Of a stretch of DNA of 64,000 bases, positions 18,180-28,540 are shown one piece after another (position 1 is the stretch's first letter; every line of letters begins with the position of its first letter). The stretch comes from Candidatus Merdivicinus faecavium (GTDB lineage: Bacteria > Bacillota > Clostridia > Oscillospirales > Ruminococcaceae), in assembly GCA_018716285.1 (NCBI GenBank), contig DVKD01000025.1, positions 42,000 to 105,999 on the forward strand, in the 5' to 3' direction. The notes under the pieces are model-generated. The model had not been told where the DNA came from, searched no databases, and saw only the letters and a list, made by a program, of their open reading frames with translations. A program made the translations under genes and the position numbers.

Positions 18180-18333
18180 GGCAATTCGTCCTTTCTTAAT
18201 TTTTCCTTCTATCCTTATTATAGAGGATTCGGCGGGATTTGAAAAGTTTTTTGCGGATATTTCATAATTTTTTTACCATTTGGGCGGCGATTTGCCGGGA
18301 GGGCGGAAAATTTCCGGGATTTTCAAAAATCTC

Positions 18334-18362
18334 TTTACAAAGCGGGGGAAAGGTGCTATAAT
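18334..18362 (+). promoter_or_regulatory. Sigma-A-type promoter for rpsO
   Basis: TTTACA, 17 nt spacer, TGcTATAAT. Confidence 0.6.
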
Positions 18363-18467
18363 GTTATGCGTGACCGCATGGATAGCTCAGTGGAGTAAGC
18401 CCCGACGGGGACGTTGCCTGCCCTCTGCTCTCTTTGCCGGCAAATTTTTGAAAGAGGTGACCTCACC

Positions 18468-18734
18468 ATGATGAGAAAAGAAGAAAAGACCCAGATCATT
18501 GAGGCGAACAAGCGCCACGAAGGCGACACCGGTTCTCCCGAAGTCCAGATCGCGATCCTCACCAAGCGGATCAACGACCTGACCGAGCACCTGAAGGCCA
18601 ACAAGAACGACCACCACAGCCGCCGCGGCCTGCTGAAGATGGTCGGCCGCCGCCGCAACCTGCTCAACTACCTCATGAAGACCGATATCGAATGCTATCG
18701 CGCTCTGATCGAGAGACTGGGCATCCGTAAGTAA
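18468..18734 (+). CDS. rpsO: 30S ribosomal protein S15
   Basis: Start trimmed to [69 protein letters not shown] after an AAAGAGGTGA RBS. Confidence 0.95.
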   Translation: MMRKEEKTQIIEANKRHEGDTGSPEVQIAILTKRINDLTEHLKANKNDHHSRRGLLKMVGRRRNLLNYLMKTDIECYRALIERLGIRK

Positions 18735-18748
18735 TTTTGGCAGTCGGA

Positions 18749-18776
18749 GGCAGATGGGTTTCCCATCTGCCTTTTG
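18749..18776 (+). terminator. Intrinsic terminator/attenuator between rpsO and pnp
   Basis: GGCAGATGGG TTT CCCATCTGCC followed by TTTT. Confidence 0.7.
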
Positions 18777-18927
18777 GTGTATCTTCCGGCAGACTTCTGC
18801 CAGTGAAAGCAGTTTTCCACAATTTTCCCGTGCGGGGAGCGGGAGTTTAGCATTAAATCGTACGGCCGCGGAGCGGACGCAGGATTTATTGCTAAGCCTG
18901 CCGGTACCGCACAGTCAGGAGGTACAA

Positions 18928-21042
18928 ATGGCACACGAAATCAGAACCTTTGAAACCACCTTTGCGGGCCGCCCCCTCGTCGTCGAGACCGGCCGCACCA
19001 GCGAGCTCGCCAACGGCTCCTGCTGGGTCCGCTACGGCGAGACCGTCGTCATGGCCAACGTGACCGCTTCCGCGAAGCCCCGCGAGGGCGTCGACTTCTT
19101 CCCGCTTTCGGTCGATTACGAGGAGAAGCTCTATGCGGTCGGCAAGATCCCCGGTTCCTTCCTCAAACGGGAAGGCCGCCCCTCTGAGAAAGCGACCCTC
19201 GCCTCCCGTATGATCGACCGCCCCATCCGGCCGATGTTCCCGAAGGACATGCGCAACGACGTTTCGGTCGTCGTCACCGTCCTTTCCACCGATATCGACA
19301 ATTCCCCCGAGATTGCGGGCTTCATCGCGGCCTCCATCGCCATCTGCATCTCGGACATCCCCTTCCGCGAGCCCATCGCGGCGGTCAGCGTCGGCTTGGT
19401 CGACGGCGAGCTGGTTTTGAACCCCATCACCGCCCAGCGCGCGAAATCTGACCTCGACCTCACCGTCGCCGGCAGCGCCGAGAAGATCGTCATGATCGAG
19501 GCGGGCGCCAACGAGGTCCCCAACGACAAGATGCTCGAGGCCATTGCCCTCGGCCATGAGGAGATCAAGAAGATGGTCGCCTTCATCGCCGGTATCCAGG
19601 CCCAGATCGGCAAGCCGAAGTTTGCCTTCGAGTCCAAAGAGGTTCCCCACGAGCTGCTCGACGCCGTCCTCGAGGAGTTCGGCGACGCTTTCAAGCACGC
19701 GCTGGACACCGACGACAAAAACGTCCGCGAGGAGCGGCTGCTCCCCATTAAGGACGCCATCCACGAGAAATACGACCCCGAATACGCCGAGACTCAGCCC
19801 ACCCTCCTCGACGAGGTCATTTATAAGGCGCAGAAGGTCATCGTCCGCCGCTGGCTCTTAGACGAGCAGAAGCGGGTCGACGGCCGCGGCATGGACGAGA
19901 TGCGTCCCCTCTCCGCTGAAGTTGACCTGCTGCCCCGGGTACATGGCTCCGGCCTCTTCACCCGCGGCCAGACCCAGGTCCTGACCGTCGCCACCCTTGG
20001 CCCGGTCTCCGACGCGCAGCTCCTCGACAGCATTGACGAAGACGAGGAGAAGCGCTACATGCATCAGTACAACTTCCCGTCCTACTCGGTCGGCGAGACC
20101 AAGCCCTCCAGAGGCCCCGGCCGCCGCGAGATCGGCCACGGCGCCCTCGCTGAGCGCGCCCTCGTGCCGGTGCTCCCCTCTGTCAATGAATTCCCCTACG
20201 CCATGCGGCTGGTGAGCGAGGTTCTGTCCTCCAACGGCTCCACCTCCCAGGCTTCCATCTGCGGCTCGACTCTGGCGCTGATGGCGGCCGGCGTCCCGAT
20301 CAAGGCTCCTGTCGCCGGCATCTCCTGCGGCCTCATCACCGAGGGCGACCGCTGGATGACGATGGTTGACATCCAGGGGCTCGAGGACTTCTACGGCGAT
20401 ATGGACTTCAAGGTCGGCGGCACCCACAAAGGCATCACCGCCATCCAGGTCGACATCAAGATCGACGGCCTGACCCTCGACATCATCAAGGACGCCTTTG
20501 AAAAGACCAAGAAGGCCCGCGATTATATCATCGACGAGGTCATCCTCAAGGCCATTCCCGCGCCGCGCGACCATGTCTCCAAGTACGCGCCCAAGCAGAA
20601 ATCCACCGTCATTCCCGTTGACAAGATCCGTGAGGTCATCGGCACCGGCGGCAAGGTCATCCAGAAGATCTGCGCCGAGTGCGACGTCAAGATCGACATC
20701 AACGACGACGGCAGCGTCTTCATCCTCGGCATCGACCAGGAGAACGTCAACCGCGCGATGTATATTGTGGAAACCATCGCCCGCGACCCTGAGGTCGGCG
20801 CGATCTACAAGGGCAAGGTCACCCGCCTGATGAACTTCGGCGCTTTCGTAGAGATCGCCCCCGGCAAGGAGGGCCTGGTCCACATTTCCAAGCTCGAGGA
20901 TTACCGGGTCGACAAGGTTGAGGACGTCGTTTCGGTCGGCGACGAGGTTTACGTCAAGGTCACCGAGATCGACGACCAGGGGCGGATCAACCTTTCCCGC
21001 AAGGACGCGATGAAGGATCTCGCGCGCCGCGCAAAGAAATAA
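18928..21042 (+). CDS. pnp: Polyribonucleotide nucleotidyltransferase (PNPase)
   Basis: Start trimmed to MAHEIRTFETTFAGRPLVVETGR after an AGGAGG RBS. Two RNase PH domains, a KH domain and an S1 domain (GKVTRLMNFGAFVEIAPGKEGLVHIS). Confidence 0.95.
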   Translation: MAHEIRTFETTFAGRPLVVETGRTSELANGSCWVRYGETVVMANVTASAKPREGVDFFPLSVDYEEKLYAVGKIPGSFLKREGRPSEKATLASRMIDRPIRPMFPKDMRNDVSVVVTVLSTDIDNSPEIAGFIAASIAICISDIPFREPIAAVSVGLVDGELVLNPITAQRAKSDLDLTVAGSAEKIVMIEAGANEVPNDKMLEAIALGHEEIKKMVAFIAGIQAQIGKPKFAFESKEVPHELLDAVLEEFGDAFKHALDTDDKNVREERLLPIKDAIHEKYDPEYAETQPTLLDEVIYKAQKVIVRRWLLDEQKRVDGRGMDEMRPLSAEVDLLPRVHGSGLFTRGQTQVLTVATLGPVSDAQLLDSIDEDEEKRYMHQYNFPSYSVGETKPSRGPGRREIGHGALAERALVPVLPSVNEFPYAMRLVSEVLSSNGSTSQASICGSTLALMAAGVPIKAPVAGISCGLITEGDRWMTMVDIQGLEDFYGDMDFKVGGTHKGITAIQVDIKIDGLTLDIIKDAFEKTKKARDYIIDEVILKAIPAPRDHVSKYAPKQKSTVIPVDKIREVIGTGGKVIQKICAECDVKIDINDDGSVFILGIDQENVNRAMYIVETIARDPEVGAIYKGKVTRLMNFGAFVEIAPGKEGLVHISKLEDYRVDKVEDVVSVGDEVYVKVTEIDDQGRINLSRKDAMKDLARRAKK

Positions 21043-21215
21043 GCAGATTTGCTGCATGATGCAGGGGCATGCCGCCGGGAAACGGGCGGCATGCCTTTTG
21101 TGAGTTAAAGTCATGCTTTTGGTCGAGAGGAGGCTCCCGGGCAGATAATCCCCATCTTTTCAAACCGGAGAAAATGTGCTATACTGGAAGGGAATTGCGA
21201 AAAGGGGGAGTCTGT

Positions 21216-21995
21216 GTGCCCGTTGTCAAAGGGCTGGAAACAGCCTTCAATACCGTCTGCGCGGCCTATGACCGCTGGCGGCCCGGCTACCCGCCGGAGC
21301 TTTACGCGGATATTTTCGCCTGCTGTCCGCTCGGGGCGGGGAGCAGCGCCCTCGAGATCGGGATCGGGACCGGGCAGGCGACGGCGCCCATCCTCGACGC
21401 CGGCGCTGCTGTCACCGCCGTCGAGCTGGGGGACAGGCTCTCCGCTTTTGTGCGGGAGAAATTCGCCGGGCGGGACCTGCGGGTCATCAACGCCCGGTTT
21501 GAGGAGACAAGCCTGCCGGGCGGGAGCTTTGACCTGATCTATGCGACTTCGGCCTTCCACTGGATTCCGGAGGAATTCGGCTACCGGGAGGTCTTCCGCC
21601 TGTTGAAAAGCGGCGGCGTCTTCGCGCGGTTTGCAAACCACCCCTACCGGGACCGGGAACACCCCGGCCTCTGGGAAGCGATCCAGGAGCTTTACGCCTG
21701 CTACATGCCCGGCAGCCGCGCGGCGGATGAGTACACCGAAAAAGCTGCCCGGAGCCGGGCGGAGACCGCCGGAAAATATGGCTTTGCGGATATTTCCTGG
21801 CGGCTTTACCGCCGGACCCGGCGCTTTACGGGCGAGGAATATACCGCGCTGCTCGGGACCTACTCCGACCATCTCGCGCTGGAGGAGGGGAAGCGCCGGG
21901 AGTTTTTCGCCGCAATCCGGCGGGTTATCGAGCAGGCGGGCGGCCAGATCGCCATCTGCGATACGGTTGACCTCGCCCTCGCGCGGAAGCCGTAA
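21216..21995 (+). CDS. Class I SAM-dependent methyltransferase
   Basis: Motif I ALEIGIGTGQAT and post-I VTAVELGDRL. Start trimmed to a GTG after an AAGGGGGAG RBS, because the longer ORF would include a TGcTATACT -10 box. Confidence 0.8.
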   Translation: MPVVKGLETAFNTVCAAYDRWRPGYPPELYADIFACCPLGAGSSALEIGIGTGQATAPILDAGAAVTAVELGDRLSAFVREKFAGRDLRVINARFEETSLPGGSFDLIYATSAFHWIPEEFGYREVFRLLKSGGVFARFANHPYRDREHPGLWEAIQELYACYMPGSRAADEYTEKAARSRAETAGKYGFADISWRLYRRTRRFTGEEYTALLGTYSDHLALEEGKRREFFAAIRRVIEQAGGQIAICDTVDLALARKP

Positions 21996-22035
21996 AATCT
22001 ACTGCAAAAATCAGGCTGCGGAAAGGTGAGACATT

Positions 22036-23478
22036 GTGCAGGAAAGCTTTGATACCGTGATCATCGGGGCCGGGATCGCCGGCCTTTACACCGCCTTGAA
22101 CCTCGACCCGGCGATGCGGGTCCTTGTGCTGGCCAAGGGAAGGCTGGCGCACAGCTCCTCCGCCCGTGCCCAGGGGGGCATCGCCGCCGCCCTCGACAGT
22201 GCGGACAGCGAGGACGCCCATTTGAACGACAGCCTCATTGCGGGCGGCTTTAAAAACAACACCGAAGCCCTCAAGATCCTGGTCAGCGAAGCGCCCCGCA
22301 CCGTCCAGAACCTGATGGACTACGGGGTCGCCTTTGACCGGCGGCCGGACGGCAGCCTCGACCTCTCGCTGGAGGGCGGGCACAGCCATCCGCGGGTCCT
22401 CCACTGCAGCGACGCGACGGGGCAGGAGGTCATCCGCCGCCTGATTGAGGCGATTTCCTTAAGCCGCAATATCACCGTCTGGGAGGACGCGATGGCGGTC
22501 GGCATCCGGCAGCTTCGGGGCGGCTTTGGACTGGAGGTGCTGCGGGACGGGACCAGGATCCCCGTTGCGGCGGGAAACTGTGTCCTGGCGACCGGCGGCG
22601 TCGGGCGGATGTATGAGTACACCTCCAATTCCCCGGGCGCCACGGGGGACGGCATCCTGCTCGCCGAGCAGCTCGGGGCGAAAATCCGGCACATGGAATG
22701 GATCCAGTTCCATCCGACCGCCTTTGCCGACCACCAGCGGGAGTGCTTCCTCCTCTCCGAGACGATGCGGGGGGATGGGGCGAAGATCCTCAACGCGGAG
22801 GGGGAGGAATTCCTCGGGCGCTACGACCCGCGCGCCGACCTCGCTCCGCGGGATGTCGTCTGCCGCGCCATGAAGGCGGAGGGGCGGCGGCTCGGGGACG
22901 ACCGTTTCTACCTCGATTTCCGCACGGCCTCGCCGGCCTTTGCAGAGGAACGCTACCCGAATATCAGCGCGAAACTCAGGTCGGAGGGCCTCTCCCTCAC
23001 CGGCGCGCCCATCCCGGTCTACCCCTGCCAGCACTATCTGATGGGCGGCATCGACACGGGACTGACCGGCGAAACGAGCGTCCGCGGGTTGTTTGCGGTG
23101 GGGGAATGCGCCCACACAGGCGTCCACGGCAGCAGCCGGCTGGCCGGCAATTCCATGCTCGAGGATCTTGTTTTTGCGCGCCAGATCGCCGAGACGGTTA
23201 ACGGCCGCGCGGGAAGCATGATTCCGGCGGGCAGCTTCGGCCTTCCCGGCAGGATGGGGACGGAGCCGCTTCCGGCGGGCTTCCGGACCGAGCTGCGGGC
23301 GATTATGCAGAAGGCGTATTTCATCGAGCCGGACCCTGCGGCGGTCGTGGCGGGCTTCGAGCGGGTGCGCGCCATCCGCGCCCAGCTCGATCGGGACGTT
23401 TTTGCCGTCACCCGCCAGTACGTCGAAACCCGCGCCCTCGCCCATGCGGCTTATGCGGTTTTGAAGGAGCTTTTGTAG
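22036..23478 (+). CDS. nadB: L-aspartate oxidase
   Basis: DTVIIGAGIAGL FAD motif, AQGGIAAAL, HYLMGGI. ~480 aa succinate dehydrogenase/fumarate reductase flavoprotein fold. GTG start. Confidence 0.85.
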   Translation: MQESFDTVIIGAGIAGLYTALNLDPAMRVLVLAKGRLAHSSSARAQGGIAAALDSADSEDAHLNDSLIAGGFKNNTEALKILVSEAPRTVQNLMDYGVAFDRRPDGSLDLSLEGGHSHPRVLHCSDATGQEVIRRLIEAISLSRNITVWEDAMAVGIRQLRGGFGLEVLRDGTRIPVAAGNCVLATGGVGRMYEYTSNSPGATGDGILLAEQLGAKIRHMEWIQFHPTAFADHQRECFLLSETMRGDGAKILNAEGEEFLGRYDPRADLAPRDVVCRAMKAEGRRLGDDRFYLDFRTASPAFAEERYPNISAKLRSEGLSLTGAPIPVYPCQHYLMGGIDTGLTGETSVRGLFAVGECAHTGVHGSSRLAGNSMLEDLVFARQIAETVNGRAGSMIPAGSFGLPGRMGTEPLPAGFRTELRAIMQKAYFIEPDPAAVVAGFERVRAIRAQLDRDVFAVTRQYVETRALAHAAYAVLKELL

Positions 23479-23517
23479 GGCGCTTTCCCATAATTCAGTA
23501 GCACACAGGAGGAATTT

Positions 23518-25437
<1,920 letters not shown>

Positions 25438-25440
25438 AAA

Positions 25441-25488
25441 GGCTCCGGACATGCCCTGTCCGGAGCCATATATTTTACTATTTTTTTC
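25441..25488 (+). terminator. Intrinsic terminator after the ABC-F gene
   Basis: GGCTCCGGACA TGCC CTGTCCGGAGCC followed by a T-rich tract. Confidence 0.65.
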
Positions 25489-25496
25489 ACTTTTCG

Positions 25497-25525
25497 TTGA
25501 TTTTTATACAAATATGTGATATAAT
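25497..25525 (+). promoter_or_regulatory. Sigma-A-type promoter of the AT-rich islet
   Basis: TTGATT, 17 nt spacer, TGaTATAAT. Confidence 0.55.
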
Positions 25526-25596
25526 TAAATTGCAAAATAGATTGGAGGTGATTGAAGAACATAGAAAAGTAAGCTGTGACATGCGACAGAGACATT

Positions 25597-25983
25597 ATGA
25601 AGAAGATTACTTTGAAAAAAATCGGTATCCTCTGCGTTTCGATGCTTTTTGCCGCTATTTCTGCTGGAGGAGCTGTTTCGGCAGAAGAACCCCCAGCCAA
25701 ACAAACAAGAGATGGATATGCATGTGAAAAATGCTATACAGGATTTGTGGATTATGTGTGTCAGGGCACACCCGTTGAAAGAGATACTGGCACTCATAAA
25801 TACGGACTGTTTGGGAGCAAAACCTGTACGGTAACCTACAATTATTGTTATTCTGATTATGCTTGCTTGCAGTGCGGCGAAGTTTATGAGGAAGACTATG
25901 GTCCTCACCTTTGCTGGGAAGAGCATGAAGATTGCGGCCGGGGGCATTATAATCTTTGCCCATGCGGTAATTGGCCTGATTAA
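25597..25983 (+). CDS. Secreted cysteine-rich small protein, unknown family
   Basis: MKKITLKKIGILCVSMLFAAISAGGAVSA signal peptide. The ~99-aa mature part has 11 Cys, including YACEKC and YACLQC knuckles and a CPC. Marked drop in G+C relative to the flanks. An alternative GTG start lies at 25576. Confidence 0.6.
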   Translation: MKKITLKKIGILCVSMLFAAISAGGAVSAEEPPAKQTRDGYACEKCYTGFVDYVCQGTPVERDTGTHKYGLFGSKTCTVTYNYCYSDYACLQCGEVYEEDYGPHLCWEEHEDCGRGHYNLCPCGNWPD

Positions 25984-26015
25984 TAAACCCTGATTTATGC
26001 GAAGGGGTGGCTGAC

Positions 26016-26549
26016 ATGAAGAAATGGCTGTATCGCCTGATGATTGCGTTCTGCGGGATGCTGCTCTTTGCCGCCTGTGGTGCCAAAATAACCCAGTTCA
26101 GGCTGGAGAGCATGGAGGACGGCGGCCCGTCCCTGCCGGGAGCTGCACCGCAAAGTTCTCTGGAAGAAATCCGGGAAAGCGGGTTCCCGCTGGAAGAAGA
26201 GCCTTTGCATGTCCGTAAAGCCGGAAAATCAGCGCTGGACAGCGAGGAGTATCTGCTGATTGCTGAGGAAGCCAAATTGAAGATTGCCGGCTGCGATACG
26301 CAGCACTGTTTGTTCCAGTTTGTCGACGGTCGGTTTACCTGTATCCATGTGCAGTTTACAGATAGTGATTCCAGTACCAAGGTGTCAGAGAAGCTGACCG
26401 AGCTGTATGGCGAGCCTGCTGTTCAAGACACCGGCGGCGGACGGTTAGAACAATGGAGCTTGGAAGGAGAGCAGCCGGTACAGATGGTAGTGCTTCATCG
26501 GGGGAATAGCCCCGGCAGTTTCCAGCTTGCGTACCCTTGGTTCGAATAA
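26016..26549 (+). CDS. Lipoprotein, unknown family (paralog A)
   Basis: MKKWLYRLMIAFCGMLLFAAC lipobox. Shares LEDGGPSLPGA, HxCLFQFV, GRLExWxLEGEQ and FQLAYPWF blocks with the next gene. Confidence 0.7.
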   Translation: MKKWLYRLMIAFCGMLLFAACGAKITQFRLESMEDGGPSLPGAAPQSSLEEIRESGFPLEEEPLHVRKAGKSALDSEEYLLIAEEAKLKIAGCDTQHCLFQFVDGRFTCIHVQFTDSDSSTKVSEKLTELYGEPAVQDTGGGRLEQWSLEGEQPVQMVVLHRGNSPGSFQLAYPWFE

Positions 26550-26599
26550 AAGACAAATTTTTTAAACTGATCTGCTGTGAGAGTTGAGGAGGGGTTTGC

Positions 26600-27151
26600 A
26601 TGAGAAAACTCTGGTATCTCATCAGTCTGGCGCTTTGCGCCCTGCTGCTTGCCGCCTGCGGCGCGGAATCTTTGCCATTCACCCTCGATAAGCTGGAGGA
26701 CGGCGGGCCGTCCCTGCCCGGGGCGGAGCCGCGCAGTACGCTGGAGGAGGTCCGGGAAGGCGGTTTTCCGCTTTTGGACGAAATCATGAGTCAGTACGAG
26801 ATCGGAGAAGAAAAGCTGGAAAGCGTGAGCTACCGGCTGGATTCCGACAAGGCTGTGCTGACAGTCGCCGGTTACAAAACTCATTACTGCCTGTTCCAGT
26901 TTGTCGAAGGCCAGCTGACCAGCATCCAGGCGTATTTTACGGAGCAGGACGCCAGCGAAAAGGTGTCAGAGGAACTGACCAGACTGTACGGCGACCCTGT
27001 CGTCAATGAAACCGCCGCGGGGCGGCTGGAGCGCTGGAACCTGGAAGGGGAGCAGGCGATACAGCTGGGGATACTCCATGGGACAAACCATCCCGGCAAT
27101 TTCCAGCTTGCGTACCCCTGGTTTGTCCCGGAAGGGGAGCTCGAACCGTAA
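26600..27151 (+). CDS. Lipoprotein, unknown family (paralog B)
   Basis: MRKLWYLISLALCALLLAAC lipobox. Collinear with paralog A at both protein and DNA level (for example GAGGACGGCGGgCCGTCCCTGCC and TTCCAGCTTGCGTACCC). Confidence 0.7.
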   Translation: MRKLWYLISLALCALLLAACGAESLPFTLDKLEDGGPSLPGAEPRSTLEEVREGGFPLLDEIMSQYEIGEEKLESVSYRLDSDKAVLTVAGYKTHYCLFQFVEGQLTSIQAYFTEQDASEKVSEELTRLYGDPVVNETAAGRLERWNLEGEQAIQLGILHGTNHPGNFQLAYPWFVPEGELEP

Positions 27152-27180
27152 GGCGGGCACAGGATGACATACGGGATCAG

Positions 27181-27216
27181 AAAAAACCGCCCTGCCGGGA
27201 AAATCCGGCAGGGCGG
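27181..27216 (-). terminator. Intrinsic terminator after trxA (hairpin shared with the convergent lipoprotein operon)
   Basis: CCGCCCTGCCGG / CCGGCAGGGCGG 12-bp stem followed on the minus strand by TTTTTT. Confidence 0.7.
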
Positions 27217-27233
27217 CCTGTTTGCTGTGAAAA

Positions 27234-27542
27234 TCAGCCGAGCATGGCGAGGATCACCGCCTTGGGGCGGACGCCGACCGAGGTCTCGACCGCTTTGCCA
27301 TCCCTGAAGAGGATGAGGGTGGGGATGCTCGCGACGCCGAACTGTTCGGCGAGGGCGGGCTGTTCGTCGACATTCACCTTGCCGACCTTGACGGAGCCGG
27401 TCTCCTCGGCGATCTCGTCGACAACCGGGGAGAGCATCCGGCAGGGGCCGCACCAGGCCGCCCAGAAGTCCACCAGGACGGGTTTATCGGATTCCAGCAC
27501 CTCGGTGCGGAAGTTTTCCTTTGTAATGGTTACGACAGACAT
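27234..27542 (-). CDS. trxA: Thioredoxin
   Basis: 102 aa with [18 protein letters not shown], the canonical WCGPC motif. Confidence 0.93.
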   Translation of the reverse strand: MSVVTITKENFRTEVLESDKPVLVDFWAAWCGPCRMLSPVVDEIAEETGSVKVGKVNVDEQPALAEQFGVASIPTLILFRDGKAVETSVGVRPKAVILAMLG

Positions 27543-27582
27543 ATTGGCTCCTCCTTTGTGTTATTGTTTACCTTGTGAGTAT

Positions 27583-27611
27583 ATATTACATCCTTTTTCG
27601 CGCGATGTCAA
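27583..27611 (-). promoter_or_regulatory. Sigma-A-type promoter for trxA
   Basis: Minus strand: TTGACA, 17 nt spacer, TAATAT. Confidence 0.5.
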
Positions 27612-27699
27612 GAGATTCCGCGGGAATTTACACTCCTGTCACATATTGTAGCCGCGGCCGGGGAAACTATGCAGAGACCGCGAAAAGGGAGGAGAAAAA

Positions 27700-28065
27700 A
27701 TGAGCAAAGAGACAAAATCAGGCTGGTACTACGCCCTTGTGGGGGCGGCGGCCGGCTTTTTGAACGGCCTGTTCGGCGCGGGCGGCGGGACGGTCGTGGT
27801 GCCGCTTCTGGAGAAAAGCGGCCTCGAATCGAAAAAGGCGCACGCGACCTCGATCGCCGTGATCCTGCCGCTGAGCCTAGTCAGCGCGCTGCTCTACCTG
27901 CGGGGGATTACGCCGCCCTGGGGAGAGGCGGCTGCGCTGCTGCCGCTGGGCATTTTGGGGGCGGTGCTGGGGGCGAAGCTGCTGCTCAAGGTGGACAACA
28001 GGCTGCTGCAGCGGATCTTCGGCGGGCTCATACTCGCCTCGGCTGTGAGGCTGTGGCTGCGATGA
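27700..28065 (+). CDS. TauE/SafE-family membrane protein, half-size (N-terminal-like module)
   Basis: 121 aa. LVGAAAGFLNGLFGAGGGTVVVPLL motif and ~4 TM segments. The stop overlaps the next start (ATGA). Confidence 0.75.
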   Translation: MSKETKSGWYYALVGAAAGFLNGLFGAGGGTVVVPLLEKSGLESKKAHATSIAVILPLSLVSALLYLRGITPPWGEAAALLPLGILGAVLGAKLLLKVDNRLLQRIFGGLILASAVRLWLR

Positions 28066-28424
28066 ATGCGATAAGCTGGATCATTACAGCCGCGGCCTCC
28101 TTTGCCGCCGGGATTGCCGCTTCGATGGGGCTGGGAGGAGGTTTTGTCCTGCTGGTCTATCTGACTGCCGTCGCCGGGGTGGACCAGCTCGCCGCCCAGT
28201 GGATGAATCTCATCTTCTTCCTCCCGGTAGGGGGGCTGTCCCTCTGGATGCATCTGAAAAACGGGCTGATCGAGAAAAAGGCCCTCCTCCCGTCCATCCT
28301 CGCGGGGATAGCCGGGGCGGCGGGCGGGGTGCTGCTGGCCAATTTCCTGGGAAACGGGGCGATGACCAAGGTGTTCGCCGTCTTTCTGGCGGTGATCGGG
28401 CTGCGGGAGCTCTTCAAAAAATGA
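28062..28424 (+). CDS. TauE/SafE-family membrane protein, half-size (C-terminal-like module)
   Basis: 120 aa. AAGIAASMGLGGGFVLLVYL motif and ~4 TM segments. In frame with the long track ORF 27669..28424 but starts at the ATG at 28062. Confidence 0.75.
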   Translation: MNAISWIITAAASFAAGIAASMGLGGGFVLLVYLTAVAGVDQLAAQWMNLIFFLPVGGLSLWMHLKNGLIEKKALLPSILAGIAGAAGGVLLANFLGNGAMTKVFAVFLAVIGLRELFKK

Positions 28425-28540
28425 CGGCCTCCCGGAAACTTCACCTTTTCCCTTGAAAAAGTGGGGAATCCCCGTTTCCGGTTGCCAAGCCGCCCGGGAT
28501 GTGGTATGATGGAACTGTATGACGGAAAGGAAGGATTTTT

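Noticed and set aside
25497-25727. Alternative 76-aa ORF in the AT-rich islet, overlapping the 5' end of the Cys-rich gene in another frame.
   Set aside because: Its start would lie inside the promoter. It has no usable RBS spacing and no signal or motif. The overlapping frame gives a textbook signal peptide.
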